From positions 186,001 to 250,000 of the forward strand of contig NIVC01000236.1 of the NCBI GenBank assembly GCA_002269645.1: a stretch of 64,000 bases of DNA, written 5' to 3'. Below, piece after piece: positions 10,405 to 24,090 of the stretch. Each line of letters begins with the position of its first letter. Position 1 is the first letter of the stretch. The DNA is from Macrostomum lignano (Eukaryota). Below the pieces are notes generated by a model. The model worked only from the letters and a program-made list of their open reading frames with translations, was not told the origin of the DNA and did not search any database. The translations under genes and the position numbers were made by a program.

Positions 10405-11700
10405 ATGAACCACCCCAAGAATGCCCATAAACCACCCTCAGAATACCCATAAACCACCTCTAGAATGCCCATAAACCACCTCTAGAATGCCCATAAACCA
10501 CATCTAGAATGCCCATAAACCACATCTAGAATGCCCATAAACCACATCTAGAATGCCCATAAACCACATCTAGAATGCCCATAAACCACATCTAGAATGC
10601 CCATAAACCACATCTAGAATGCCCATAAACCACATCTAGAATGCCCATAAACCACATCTAGAATGCCCATAAACCACATCTAGAATGCCCATAAACCACA
10701 TCTAGAATGCCCATAAACCACATCTAGAATGCCCATAAACCACATCTAGAATGCCCATAAACCACATCTAGAATGCCCATAAACCACATCTAGAATGCCC
10801 ATAAACCACATCTAGAATGCCCATAAACCACATCTAGAATGCCCATAAACCACATCTAGAATACCCATAAACCACCTCTAGAATGCCCATAAACCACATC
10901 TAGAATGCCCATAAACCACCTCTAGAATGCCCATAAACCACATCTAGAATGCCCATAAACCACCTCTAGAATGCCCATAAACCACCTCTAGAATGCCCAT
11001 AAACCACCTCTAGAATGCCCATAAACCACCCCTAGAATGCCCATAAACCACCTCTAGAATGCCCATAAACCACCTCTAGAATGCCCATAAACCACCTCTA
11101 GAATGCCCATAAACCACCCCTAGAATGCCCATAAACCACCTCTAGAATGCCCATAAACCACATCTAGAATGCCCATAAACCACCTCTAGAATGCCCATAA
11201 ACCACCTCTAGAATGCCCATAAACCACCTCTAGAATGCCCATAAACCACATCTAGAATGCCCATAAACCACCTCTAGAATGCCCATAAACCACCTCTAGA
11301 ATGCCCATAAACCACCTCTAGAATGCCCATAAACCACCTCTAGAATGCCCATAAACCACCTCTAGAATGCCCATAAACCACCTCTAGAATGCCCATAAAC
11401 CACCTCTAGAATGCCCATAAACCACCTCTAAATGCCCATAAACCACATCTAGAATGCCCATAAACCACATCTAGAATGCCCATAAACCACATCTAGAATG
11501 CCCATAAACCACATCTAGAATGCCCATAAACCACCCCTAATAGCGCCCATAAACCACACCTAGAATCGCCTTTAAAACTAACTCTTCCCACCCTTAATAG
11601 CGCCCATAAACCACCCCCAGAATGCCCATAAGCCACTCTAATAGCACCCATAAACAACACCTAGAATTGCCAATAAACCACTCTAGAATCGCCCTATAAA
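10405..11700. repeat. 22-bp minisatellite (agaatgcccataaaccac[a/c]tct), >50 copies
   Basis: Direct tandem array with degenerate edges. Confidence 0.97.
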
Positions 11701-12271
11701 CAAACCTTAGAATTAGCCACACCTAGAGAGCGTACGGTAAAAGTTCGAGGTACCACTTGATACTCCGAAGAAAAAAATTTGTAAGTTAAAAACTCGAACC
11801 GAGTCGATAAAATATTGAGTCATTTGAGTCATTTCAATTATACTCGATTGGATTCAGTCAGCAGTTCCAATTGAAGTTTCCGCCTAAGCTACTCATTAGC
11901 ACTACTCAGATCAGTAGTTGGTATTGCATGAATAAATAAAATAGAAATGGAAAAGAAAGACACGCAACGCAGATTTACTGAACTAGATGCAAATTTACTA
12001 AAACAATCGCCAGATTTTTCTATACTACTTCCCAGTAGGCAGCGGTGATGATTGAAAATAATCAGCGAGTAATGAACAAAGCACAATTCGCGCAAAGTGG
12101 TCCCAAAGCAGTCAATCTGGTTTATAATATTTTCTATTGACGCACTCGCTGGGACAGGTAAAAATGAAAACAATCTAGGGAGAATCTAAGAATAGAACTG
12201 ATAGGAATTTGCACGGACCCGGAATGCGACCGAGCGGTCCCCAGCTGGATGAGGGACGGGGGCGCCCGGCG

Positions 12272-14465
12272 TCACCAAGAAATGGACGATTTGTACTCGT
12301 CCTTCAGCGAGAACCGCTTGATTGGCTCGTAGGACAAAATGATGAAGAAGCTGAACAGCGAGGACTGCAACAGGCGGGCGCTGAGGCCTTTCACCACAAA
12401 GGCGGCGCCCTCCTCTGTCCACAGGCGGCGCAGAGTGGAGGGCAGGTCCAGGCCTTCCACTTGCATGCGGACTCGAACCACATCGATGGGGTTGGTGATG
12501 AGGCCGGATGACATGCCAGACAGGGGGGCGGAGGCCAGCTGGACTGGCAGGCGGGGCGGCAGCTGCTGCGGGTCCTGGGAGCCGGGCTGGCCGACCGACA
12601 TCAGGGCGACTGCGGCGCGGCCGATGGCGTCGCAGTAGAAGTTGTAGAAGGCCCACCACAGGGCCGAGTTGGGCACAAAGTGGGCGATGGAGATCACGTA
12701 GCCCTGGGTTGGTGGGAATTGGAGCAAAGGGTTGACCACGGAATGTAGACTAGGGATCAGGACTCCGAGGCTAAAGATTGAGATTAGGGATTTTTTATTG
12801 GGGAACGGGGATCTTGGATTACGGATAGTGGTTCTCGGATTAGCTTAGGTGTAGAGGCCAACTGGATAAGGGATAGGGGCAATTAGATTAGGGATAGGGG
12901 CAATTAGATTAGGGATAGGGTCAACTGGATTAGGGATAGGGTCAACTGGATTAGGGACAGGGCCATAAATTATCATGTTAGACATTGGAATTATTACATT
13001 GACGTCTGGTTCTCTTTAAAATAGGATTGGGACTTTTACATTGGGATCAGGAATCTAGAGAATCTAATCGGGATTTACAAAGTCCAACAGGCATTGAAAT
13101 TAATTACCTTGTAGAAGGCAGCCACGCCGTTCCGCCTGTACAGGGTGCGAACCACGGCAAGCGCGCGGCCTGGCGCGGTGGTCGCTTCGGCCTCGCTGAT
13201 GCAGATCGGCGTCAGAGTGCGCGAAGAGGCGCCTGGCGCCCGGGACAAAACCTGCAGGTGCTGGGAGACAACGTCCAGAGGGACCAGCACAGTCTGGGAG
13301 ACCAGCGAGGCGCAGCCGCCGCCAAGGAAGCTGCGCATTGTTGGCGACATCCCGCGGGTGTCCTCGCGGACTCGCTCGTAGGTGTAGGCGTACATGACTG
13401 AGCTCAGTACCTGCGTCAGTGGGAATAGGGTTTCTGTGTAGGGAGGGCTTAGGAGCTTAAAATATCTGAATATTCGATACTGAAATCTGCCGAATTTTAT
13501 TGATTTAAAAGATGACTCCTAGCAGCGAAATTGGGATTCTCTGATGTGAGATTGGGATTGCTAGCTGTGAGATTGGGATTAATTTTTGTGATTGCGATTC
13601 TTTATTATGAGATTGGGATTCTTTGTTGTGAGATTGAGATTCCTAGCTGAGAGATTGGGATTCTCTGATGTGAGATTGGGATTGCTAGCTGTGAGATTGG
13701 GATTCTTTGCCGTGAGATTGGGATTCTCTGCCGTGAGATTGGGATTGCTAGCTGTGAGATTGGGATTTTTAGCTGTGAGATTGGGATTCTTTGCCGTGAG
13801 ATTGGGATTCCTAGATGTGAGATTGAGATTCTTAGCTGTGAGATTGGGATTCTCTGCCGTGAGATTGGGATTCATAGCTGTGAGATTGGGATTTTTAGTT
13901 GTGAGATTGGGATTCTTTGTAATGAGATTGGGATTCGTTGCTGAGATTTGGATTCTTTGTTGTGAGATTGGGATTTCTAGCTGTGAGATTGGGATTCTCT
14001 GCTGTAAGATTGGGATTCTTAGCTGTGAGATTGGGGACTCTTTGTCGTGAGATTGGGATTCTTAGCTGTAAAATAGGATATGAGAGCCGACTTGCAGTGA
14101 GTGAGGAGACAAGTCATCATTCTGACTCCGCTGACCCCCGAGCAACACACACAGGGTGCAAAGCGGGACTGACTTGATAATCTTGGAATTCTCACCTGAA
14201 AATTCTTGACCCAAAATCCGGCGTAAAGGCCTTGCACGCCCTCCTGGCCCAGCACAGTCCGAAAGCAGTGAAGAAGGCCCCTGTAAACTTTGTGGCCCTC
14301 CTGCAGCTGCAGCCGGGTGCGCAGCAGGGTCAGCGGGTAGGTCACCACCTGCACAGTCAGCGAGCCCACAGTTGACAGCGGGAAGAATTTCCGCTTGTCC
14401 AGCTGGTACAGCTCAATGACTGGGAAGCCGCCTGGGCCACTTTGGTCTTTCACAGCTGACGGCAT
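12272..14465 (-). CDS. SLC25A44: Mitochondrial carrier, SLC25A44-like (exons 14465-14196, 13410-13108, 12703-12272)
   Basis: N-terminal IELYQLDKRKFF (cf. IEWEHLDKKKF) and carrier motifs YPLTLLRTRLQ, VPLDVVSQHLQ and NPIDVVRVRMQ. Both introns are phase-0 GT-AG and join in frame. Confidence 0.92.
12855..12965. repeat. Short ~21-bp intronic tandem repeat (ggattagggatagggtcaact)
   Basis: About 5 copies in SLC25A44 intron 2. Confidence 0.85.
13525..14070. repeat. 21-bp intronic minisatellite (gtgagattgggattcttagct)
   Basis: About 25 copies filling SLC25A44 intron 1. Confidence 0.95.
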
Positions 14466-15943
14466 TGACTGGACCGCCGAGCTGCTGGCTGGGGCTGGTA
14501 GGGAAGCAAGTGACCAGGGAGCCTTGGTACGGCAGTCAATGGGATCGGGAGGAGAGATGGGAAGACAAACCAGACGCTTTCAGATTCGCAGTGGGTTGTG
14601 TTGCCTGCCACAGCTGCCGACGCCAGAGTTGCTAAGCTGCAAATTGCATGAGTGAAAATGTACAAATTGTATTAGTATGAAAATATACTTTAGCAGATGG
14701 CTCAATATACATGTATGTATTTCATCTTTACCCTGAATCCTTGACAGACATGACTGTTTTATAACCTTTTTTATAAAAACACAAAAATCAGCCAGCAGTC
14801 TCTACCGGTTGCACCCCAACATCGCCGACCAGCAGCTGGGCATACAGTTCTCAACTTTGGCTTAACTTAGGCTTACTTTTGGAAACCACAAGAACTTTCT
14901 ATTTTACCCAATATAAATTGTTTCTATGTTTTAATATATATTGAAATCATTAATCATGCAAAATAATTAATAAAAAAGATAAATCAGTTGTAGCCTACTA
15001 TTATAGGATTATGGATATGAATTTGGATGATATGGATATAGATAGGCTATGGGACCTTTTGTAGACATAGATAAAGATACAGATAGGAAAATTTTGAATT
15101 TGGAAAAACCCTACAAAAAAACTAGAATTTTTTTATCAAAGTATAAAATCAGTAGTAATCCTTTAAAACTAGCCAAGTAATAAATAAGATAAAATGCCAA
15201 GATAAAGATTATTAATAGTAAAGGAAACCTAGGAATGGATAAAATTAACATCTTGTTGGTCATTTTAAACATTTTTATAAAACCCAATTCATCTGCTATG
15301 TTGAAATATATACTAAACAATTGAATAGTACTATATCAAATAATTATTATCTGATAGACATTTTACAAAAATGGAAAATTAAAAAGATTTTATTAGCCTA
15401 ATCTTATTTGTACTCTTTGATCTTGTAAAATATTTGAAACTACTTTGACAAAAGGCTTTTGCTCTATATGAGTTAATTTGATGGATGGTTTATTCTATTT
15501 TATTTCTCTTATGTCTTTAATAAACAAGTGGCAAAATAATTAGATTGCTTTATATCAAAGATATGTCACTCTATGGCACAGTCAAGATGAGTGAAAGGTA
15601 TGTTCTAAGGCCAAGTTCTTAGAGATTTACAAGAATGGCATATAGAAAGTCAATTAGACTACATTTTACTTTATCCATAGTTTGGAATAGTCTATTTGTA
15701 CCCCAGAAAAAATGACCAATTTTTTTGGCATATGCCAATGTATGCTGAATATATTAACTTATGCAAAGCTTCAAATTGTAAATTTTGTAACAATACTACT
15801 AGACTAGTGATTTTAATATTTAATTTCAATTAGATAAAGTAGAAAACTAAAAATAATAACTATATTTGTATAATGTTTCATGTATATAAAGAAAACAACA
15901 AAATTTATGCATTTTTGATCATTTTAAATTCTTACCTTAAAAA

Positions 15944-16351
15944 CAGTGGCATATCTAGGAGGGGGGATCTGGGTATATTTCTCCCCTAACCCCCTATTTT
16001 GATGATTTTATAGGAAACAAAAATGAGTTTTTTGAAGAAAAAAAGCAAAGCAAAGCAGCTTAGATATAGAAAAATTGCTAAAAAATTGGTCTATTTCACC
16101 TATAGATTACTATTAAAATGTTTTAAACAATATTTCCACAAATCCCTAGTTCCTAAAATGCTGTAGACAGGAACGACATCTGCTGGCTTTATTCTGATTT
16201 TAACAAAGTAAAGTTTTAGCCTAATTAACATGGTTTTTGTACTTTTTAAATGCATCTTTCAAGCAAAAAATTGCAAAAAGACTATTTTATTAGTCTAAAA
16301 TTTTATCCCTAAAAGTTATCCCCCCTTTTCAAAATCCTAGGTATGCCACTG
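15944..16351. mobile_element. hAT-type MITE with CpG-decayed TIRs
   Basis: TIRs cagtggcatatctagg / cctaggtatgccactg. Flanks cttaaaaa and cttgtaaa form a degenerate 8-bp TSD. Confidence 0.65.
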
Positions 16352-17639
16352 CTTGTAAAATATAGATATAAGTTTTGGGTAAAATAGTTATCAAATTTTA
16401 CCATTATAATGCATAGACAACTATTGTGACTGCCATAGTCTAGCTCATGCTAGGTGTGTACCCAAACAAAAATTGAATAGTTACAAATACATGCATGCCA
16501 AAAAATTTGAATGCATACCCACACCCAAATCTAAGCCAGTTTTGCACCAATAAATGACCTTTTCTGCATTGCAACATTAAATGACCTTTTGTGTATTATG
16601 AAAAGGACTCCTTTTGGATAATAATTTGATTTAATATTTACTATTTATAGCACAAAATTATTACCAACAAACATTTGTCTAAATGTTTTTACAAGCTTAA
16701 AATACTAGATACCTTGAAATTTATGCTTAAAGATTGCTTTAATCTTTAATCTTAAAGATTGCTAGAATGCTTTTTAATCTATTTTCTATTTAACAGTAAC
16801 TCTTCCACATAATTCTATAATGTGCATGCCAGGTATATACATACACATTGTTTTTAGGAGTCATGCATTTCAACTATGCATAATTAACTTTTGAAATGCA
16901 AGGCCAATGCATTCCCAAATTTTTAGGCATACAGTGTATACTACATGATCAAGAGATTGTATGACTATTATTGATGATGTATTTTTTTAATTTTTGGTGC
17001 ATACCACTTATAACAACATTAAATGTATACCAAAAGACCAAAATCACTTTTTGTGTGCCAACATATATGCCATTTTTTAGTAGGCCTATATCCTAGAAAT
17101 TTCTAGTGTATATGCCCTATAGTCAAGATCATAACATACCAGTACCAATACCGGAATAAATCTTATCAAAAAGTTTGATTGCACTGTGCACTAGAAAAAT
17201 CTTATTAAAAAAGTTTGTTTGCACTGTCAGAATTTTTTTAAAGAGAAACACAAAAACTTGATAAATATCAATAAAGCTATAAGAAAGGCAAAATATATCA
17301 ATTAAGATAAACATTGGGTTTATGCCTTCTACTGCTTTATTGCTTCATATCAAAAGTAATAAAAAAATTATGTTGAAAAAATAAAAGCTTTCTATATCTA
17401 TATTGTATTTTTTAAAGAACCTATTGATAGCCTGTTTAATTAAAATTACATTAACAATAACACCACATTTTCTATAGAACAGATTTAAAAACAAGTTTTA
17501 GTGGTATTTTTCAAATAGAAATTTATACTGCTTCTTGTGTTTTTGTTTAAAAATTTAGGAGTCTATTATTTTTTTATTTGTTTTTTATTCAGTTTTTTAT
17601 CTTTCTATTTGATTAGTTCTTGATATTGCAAGTATTCTT

Positions 17640-17665
17640 TTTTATATATCTAAATCTAAGCTGTC

Positions 17666-17734
<69 letters not shown>

Positions 17735-17850
17735 GTAATTGATAATAGAAAAAACGGCTCAACCAATTTCCACCAAACTTGCACCATTTGATCAGAAATT
17801 TTTCCGTGACGGTACATGGGTCATGGCTAAGAGATTGCTCAATGCTAAAG
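17640..17850 (+). mobile_element. Helitron-like non-autonomous element with (CTGT)n microsatellite
   Basis: tatatatctaaa + (ctgt)~19 + aacggctcaaccaatttccaccaaact matches the layout of microsatellite-bearing non-autonomous Helitrons of invertebrates (from memory). Confidence 0.45.
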
Positions 17851-18329
17851 GGATTAAATATTCCAAAAACATGGCTTTTTTGCAAAGGTCAAGCAGCTCT
17901 TTTGACTTCAAATGCATTGTAAGAATGCTAGAGAAAAAACTGACTGGTTGAATTCTGATTCTGAAATAGATTGCATCACACCAGGCTTTTTATTTATCAT
18001 CAGTGTATACTGGCTGAATTTTGACACTGAATTGAATTGCGCCAGTCTGAAATACACAGTGTGGAAGCATATAGCACAAGACTTGATTGATATTGCGTAA
18101 TTGAATTGCTAACTTAAATAGTGACTGACACTGACTGACTGGAAGTAAATTATGTCATGACTTTTATTCCAACTGACGTGTTGTGACTGTGTTGAATTAT
18201 AAGTGCTACAATTCATGTATGAGCATATCAATCAATGAAAGCTAGCCTAGATGCAAACAGATAGAGCTGCTAAAGCAGTGACTGGGTTTGAATTTTAGTA
18301 GATAATTATTCATTGGGAAATTGCTAAAA

Positions 18330-19535
18330 TTTCAAGACCTACTGGGAAAACTGCTAAGATGTCGAGGCTATGGAGGGATTTGCTGAGATGTCAAGGCTTA
18401 TTAAGAATTGCTGGGATGTCAAGGCTTACACAATTCACTGCTAAGATGTCATTGTCAAGGCTTATTGGGGAATTGCTGGGATGTCAAGGCTTATAGCTAT
18501 GGGAATTTCTGGAATGTCAAGGCTTATTGGGGAATTGCTGAGATGTCTAGGCTTATTAGGCAATTGCTGAGATGTCAAGGCTTATGGGGAATTTCTGGGA
18601 TGTCAAGGCTTATGGGGAATTGCTGGGATGTCAAGGCTTATGGGGAATTTCTGGGATGTCTAGGCTTATTGGGGAATTGCTGGGATGTCAAGGCTTACTG
18701 GGGAATTGCTAAAATGTCAAGGCTTACAGCTATCAGAATTGCTGAAATATTGCTGAAATGTCAAAGCTTACAGTTGGGGGAATTGCTGAGATGCCAAGGC
18801 TTACAGCTGAGGGAATTGCTGAGATGTCAAGGCTTATAGCTAAGGGAATTGCTTTAATTTCTTAGACTTTAAGACTTAGTGGGGGAATTGCTGAGATGTC
18901 AAAGCACTGGGAGAATTGCTGGGATGTCAAGGCTTATAGCTGGGGAAATTGCTGGGATGTCAAGGCTTACAGCTGGGGGAATTGCTGAGATGCCAAGGCT
19001 TACAGCTGAGGGAATTGCTGAGATGTCAAGGCTTATAGCTAAGGGAATTGCTTTATGGGAGGTCGAGGCTTATAAAGAATTGCTGGGATGTCTAGGCTTA
19101 CTAGGGAATTGCTGAGATGTCAAGGCTTAGGCCCTATAGAGAATATTGCTGGGATGTCCAGGCTTACTAGGGAATTGCTAAGATGTCAAGGCTTATAGCT
19201 GGGGGAATTTCTGGAATGTCAAGACTTATTGGGGAATTACTGAATTGTCTAGGCTTATTAGGTAATTGCTGAGATGTCAAGGCTTATGGGGAATTGCTGA
19301 GATGTCAAGGCTTGTAAGGAATTGCTAAGGTGTCAAGGCTTATAGCTAGGGGAATTGCTGAGATATCAAGGCTTACTGGGAAATTGCTAGAATGTCAAAG
19401 CTTATGGGAAATTGCTGAGATGTCCAGGCTTACTGGGGAATTGCTGGGATATCAAGGCTTATAGCTAGGAGAATTATTGAGATATCAAGGCTTACAGTTT
19501 AGGGAATTGCAATTGCTGAGATGTCAAGGCTTACT
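18330..19535. repeat. Degenerate ~28-30-bp minisatellite (gggaattgctgagatgtcaaggctta...)
   Basis: About 40 variable copies, almost CpG-free. Confidence 0.92.
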
Positions 19536-20442
19536 TGAAGCATGAGTCTATTATTTAATATTTTAGCAACATTAACATTTTCCTTTTTGCACTTCCCAAA
19601 TGGGCTGGATTGCTAGTAGGCCTATTATAGTATTATATATAGGCCTAATACAAATACAAAGCTAATATTTATTGAAAATATCTAGATTTTATTACAAATA
19701 CTAGAGGCAACAAATTATATTTCATACCAATACCAATGCCATACCAATACCATGCCATGCCTAGACAAGACTAATCTATGCTGAATTCCATCCACCAAAA
19801 TCAAAATGCCCATTGCCTAGGCCTATCCTATCCTATACAGTATACTGCATAGTACCTCATATATATACCTCATATATATATATACCTCATATACTGCAAT
19901 TCTGCAAATCCTGCAATGGAGTAATTTGAGATCTAAATGATAACAAGATTGAAAAAAATGAAACAATACTTAATAAGGCTGCTTTGGCTATTTGACCTAT
20001 TTCACAAGTAATGTGAGTTTGACTAAAATTGAATTCGTCCAACGCAGGATTTTGTGTGAAATATAAATGAAAAAGAATTCACTACTGTAGCACCCACCCC
20101 TCATCCTACGCTTGCTCGATGAAGGAATTGAATGCACGATATGTCAACACACTCCACTGACGAAAAAGAAAGCCACCAACTGTAGGCGGACGCCGTCACC
20201 GACAAAATATAAGGAATCCGGCCTCGTTTGAATTTACCTTTGCTGCAGAAAATAAGTATAGAACGCGAGAAAACCAGTAGTGTAGGTGCTTTTAAAATTT
20301 TCCAAGATAGCAAATGCTCAGTCTAAATTTAAACAAAAATACAGATTGAATCTAAAATTTGCCATATTTGTTTAAAAACTTGCAATTCTTAGCCTGATAT
20401 TTTTTTTCTATTTCATTCGCTGCGTCCGGCTGTTCAGTCCAA

Positions 20443-20876
20443 GGGGTGCTTTCACAAGGTCGAAATTTCACAACGTCGAAAAGTAAAATATTTCACAAGG
20501 TCGAAACTTCACAAGGTCGAAATTTCATAACATCGAAAACTGAAATAGCATCCACTTTCACAAGGTCGAAACTTCATAAGCTCGAAATTTCGCAACATCG
20601 AAAATTTAATATAACAAAGCTAATACAATAGTTTTCTACGTTGTGAAATTTCGACCTTGTGAAAGTGGCTGCTATTTGAGTTTTCGATGTTCTGAAATTT
20701 CGACCTTATGAAGTCTTCGATGTTGTAAAATTTCGACCTTGTGAAGTTTCGACCTTGTGAAAGTGGCTGCTATTTCAGTTTTCGATGTTATGAAATTTCG
20801 ACCTTGTGAAATTTCGATCTTGTGAAAGAAGGTGCTTTCGACGTTGTGAAATTTCGAGTTTGTGAAACCCCCCCCC
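20443..20876. mobile_element. Foldback-type MITE built from ttcacaaggtcgaaa subrepeats
   Basis: The left arm carries ttcacaaggtcgaaa repeats and the right arm their reverse complement tttcgaccttgtgaa. The termini match as gggg..tttcacaa..tcgaaatttcacaacgtcgaaa. No TSD was found. Confidence 0.8.
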
Positions 20877-20913
20877 ACATACATGGTATGGGGGGTCGCT
20901 ACACACATGCAAC

Positions 20914-21174
20914 GGGTGTTGGTCTTTCGCGGCCCGGCCCGGCCCAGGGCCGCGGCGTTGTTACTTTAGTTTTAACTTAATTTAAAAAATAGAGCATCAG
21001 AAGTTCATTAAATTGACAATCAATATTTTACAACGTAGTAACCTCCCAATTGACTGTAAAAATATGCGGCATTCTGGTCAGTAGTTTTTGTTTTACTTAT
21101 TTACTAAAATAGATTTACATTGGCTAAATAGGGGCCGCCCGGGCCGGCCGGGCCGTGACGAATTACCGATACCC
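20914..21174. mobile_element. Mutator-like MITE with 10-bp target-site duplication
   Basis: cacatgcaac is duplicated at 20904-20913 and 21175-21184. Imperfect GC-rich TIRs gggtgttggtctttcgcggcccggcc / ggccgggccgtgacgaattaccgataccc. Confidence 0.8.
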
Positions 21175-22929
21175 CACATGCAACCCTCAATTACCCCAGC
21201 TAATGCTGGTACCCATTTTACAACTGGGTGAACTGAAGCAATGCAGAGTTAAGAGTCTTGCTCAATTAAGGACACAAATTGTTACGTTGGGATTCGGGAA
21301 TCGAACCCCGACCTTCAAGCAAGGACCCAATGTATATAGCTATGCAGTGGTCCTAATTGCCTTTAAGTCGTGAGAGTCCGACGCTCTAACCCCCAGAACC
21401 TAAATTACGGGGGCTACCCCCAGAAAACTTTTGCTGTAGCTTACATACTTGTACATGTTAATGTAACTTTGTTTAAAAACTTTGGACAGCTAAAAGGTTC
21501 AGAGCAATCAGAAAGCTTAAAACCAGTGTACCGGTAAATTTATGCAATGGAAAAACCCGCATTTCTGAGCGTGCAGTCTAAAACAAAATTCCAATTAAAA
21601 TCCTTATGTATACGGTAGTAGTAGTAGTAGCTACATTGCATGTGTACATGTTTGGGTAAATTGGTACATGTCGTAAATGCACACGTTGGTAAGTGAGATT
21701 GTTAAAATTCATTAATTTATCAATACTTAATTAAAATCGATATATTCTGGAAATGTGACACAAGCTGTGTTTCTTCATATTCAATATGGCATCATTTATT
21801 GCAGTAATATGATCATTAATACAACTATTTACAAGTGTACGGAACTACTGGAAAAAATTTGCCTTCATAATTCAAGTTTAATGATTTACAGATCAAGCTG
21901 CTGAGAGTACATCCGATAATTGAATCTTCATAAGGTGCCCACAGGTTTTTGAGAAGACAAAAAAGTATTTAATAACTCAAAAACAGGCAACAGTAAATTT
22001 CAAAGCAATTCCTATGTGACATTTTCACGAAAACGAACGGCCGGTGCTTGTCATTCATTGATTGGAAACAGCAGTTAGTAACTACGAAGAATTTCGGCTC
22101 AATTCCCAAGCATGTGTTTCTAAAAATGAGAAGAAAAATTCTCCGTTACAAAGCACTTATGTGCAAAAAACATGAGTACATGTTTCAGTACATGCAGTAT
22201 GGGACTGCAGATGGGAAAATTGGATTTAAAACAGGTAAATCTCAGGATGCCCAAAATCTGTGATGCCCCGGTTCTCTCCGGAAAATTTAGCTGTATCGAA
22301 TGAATATGGAAATTTGATATGCCCATTTACTCAACAGCTCTTGCAGATGAGGCAGACGAGAGAGTAGAGGATGGGAGAGGCTCTGGCCTCGCTGAACAAG
22401 AAAGTGCAGAGAGTTTAAAATAGAGGAAAAGAAGAGCACAGGGAGAAGAGGAAGCGAAGCGGGGTGAGTTAATCAGATTCTCCATCAGTCAGCCCCCCAT
22501 CCTGGGTGTTTTCTGCTCCCGGGGAACATAGCTAAGTGCAGGACGGAGAAAAGACTCCGGGTCTCTGGGGCACCGCTTGATGGCCACCGCCCTGCTGCGC
22601 TGTCGCTGGCGCGGCAAAAATCTGCGGACCCGTCGTCCGCAGCCGCCAGGCCGGGGCGGGGCCCGCATCCTGCGCAGTCTGGGCTGGCTTAAGATATGCG
22701 CGAGGATCTTCTCCTCGCACACCGAACCGAATCGCGCGGGAGAGAGGGAGGGCGGAGACGCCGCGGGCAGAGAGGAGAGCCTGGGGGACGGGCCGGAGCG
22801 CATCTAGGCCAGAGAGAGTGGTCGCATTCTCAGATGGGAATGCGGGGGCATGTTTGTAAATATTTATAGGCTCTTTACGCTGGTAACTCTCCTAACTTGG
22901 GAAAGACATGTACGGTACGAACTTGAAAG

Positions 22930-24090
22930 GAGCCGATGGGAGGAGAGCTGAAGGGAGGAGAGCTGAAGGGAGGAGAGCTGAAGGGAGGAGAGCTGAAGAG
23001 AGGAGAGCTGAAGGGAGGAGAGCTGAAGGGAGGAGAGCTGAAGGGAGGAGAGCTGAAGGGAGGAGAGCTGAAGGGAGGAGAGCTGAAGGGAGGAGAGCTG
23101 AAGGGAGGAGAGCTGAAGGGAGGAGAGCTGAAGGGAGGAGAGCTGAAGGGAGGAGAGCTGAAGGGAGGGGATCTGAAGGGAGGAGAGCTGAAGGGAGGGG
23201 ATCTGAAGGGAGGAGAGCTGAAGGGAGGGGATCTGAAGGGAGGAGAGCTGAAGGGAGGGGATCTGAAGGGAGGAGAGCTGAAGGGAGGGGATCTGAAGGG
23301 AGGAGAGCTGAAGGGAGGGGATCTGAAGGGAGGAGAGCTGAAGGGAGGAGAGCTGAAGGGAGGAGAGCTGAAGGGAGGAGAGCTGAAGGGAGGAGAGCTG
23401 AAGGGAGGGGATCTGAAGGGAGGAGAGCTGAAGGGAGGAGAGCTGAAGGGAGGAGAGCTGAAGGGAGGAGAGCTGAAGGGAGGAGAGCTGAAGGGAGGAG
23501 AGCTGAAGGGAGGAGAGCTGAAGGGAGGAGAGCTGAAGGGAGGGGATCTGAAGGGAGGAGAGCTGAAGGGAGGGGATCTGAAGGGAGGAGAGCTGAAGGG
23601 AGGGGATCTGAAGGGAGGAGAGCTGAAGGGAGGAGAGCTGAAGGGAGGAGAGCTGAAGGGAGGAGAGCTGAAGGGAGGAGAGCTGAAGGGAGGAGAGCTG
23701 AAGGGAGGGGATCTGAAGGGAGGAGAGCTGAAGGGAGGAGAGCTGAAGGGAGGAGAGCTGAAGGGAGGAGAGCTGAAGGGAGGAGAGCTGAAGGGAGGAG
23801 AGCTGAAGGGAGGAGAGCTGAAGGGAGGAGAGCTGAAGGGAGGAGAGCTGAAGGGAGGAGAGCTGAAGGGAGGAGAGCTGAAGGGAGGAGAGCTGAAGGG
23901 AGGAGAGCTGAAGGGAGGAGAGCTGAAGGGAGGAGAGCTGAAGGGAGGAGAGCTGAAGGGAGGAGAGCTGAAGGGAGGAGAGCTGAAGGGAGGAGAGCTG
24001 AAGGGAGGAGAGCTGAAGGGAGGAGAGCTGAAGGGAGGAGAGCTGAAGGGAGGAGAGCTGAAGGGAGGAGAGCTGAAGGGAGGAGAGCTT
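22930..24090. repeat. 15-bp polypurine minisatellite (gaagggaggagagct), ~77 copies
   Basis: Highly homogeneous array with a gaagggaggggatct variant. It lies within a predicted YPEL 3'-UTR intron. Confidence 0.97.

Larger units (their letters stand above)
20405..21390 (-). mobile_element. tRNA-derived SINE, copy B, split by two nested insertions
   Basis: Segments gctgcgtccggctgttcagtccaagg (20420), gggggtcgctacacacatgcaac (20891) and cctcaattaccccagctaatgctggtaccc...agtcgtgagagtccgacg (21185-21385) are collinear with copy A. Confidence 0.8.

Noticed and set aside
22489-22803. 104-aa Arg/Pro-rich ORF as an independent gene
   Set aside because: No homology or codon signal. It is more simply the YPEL 3'-UTR exon.
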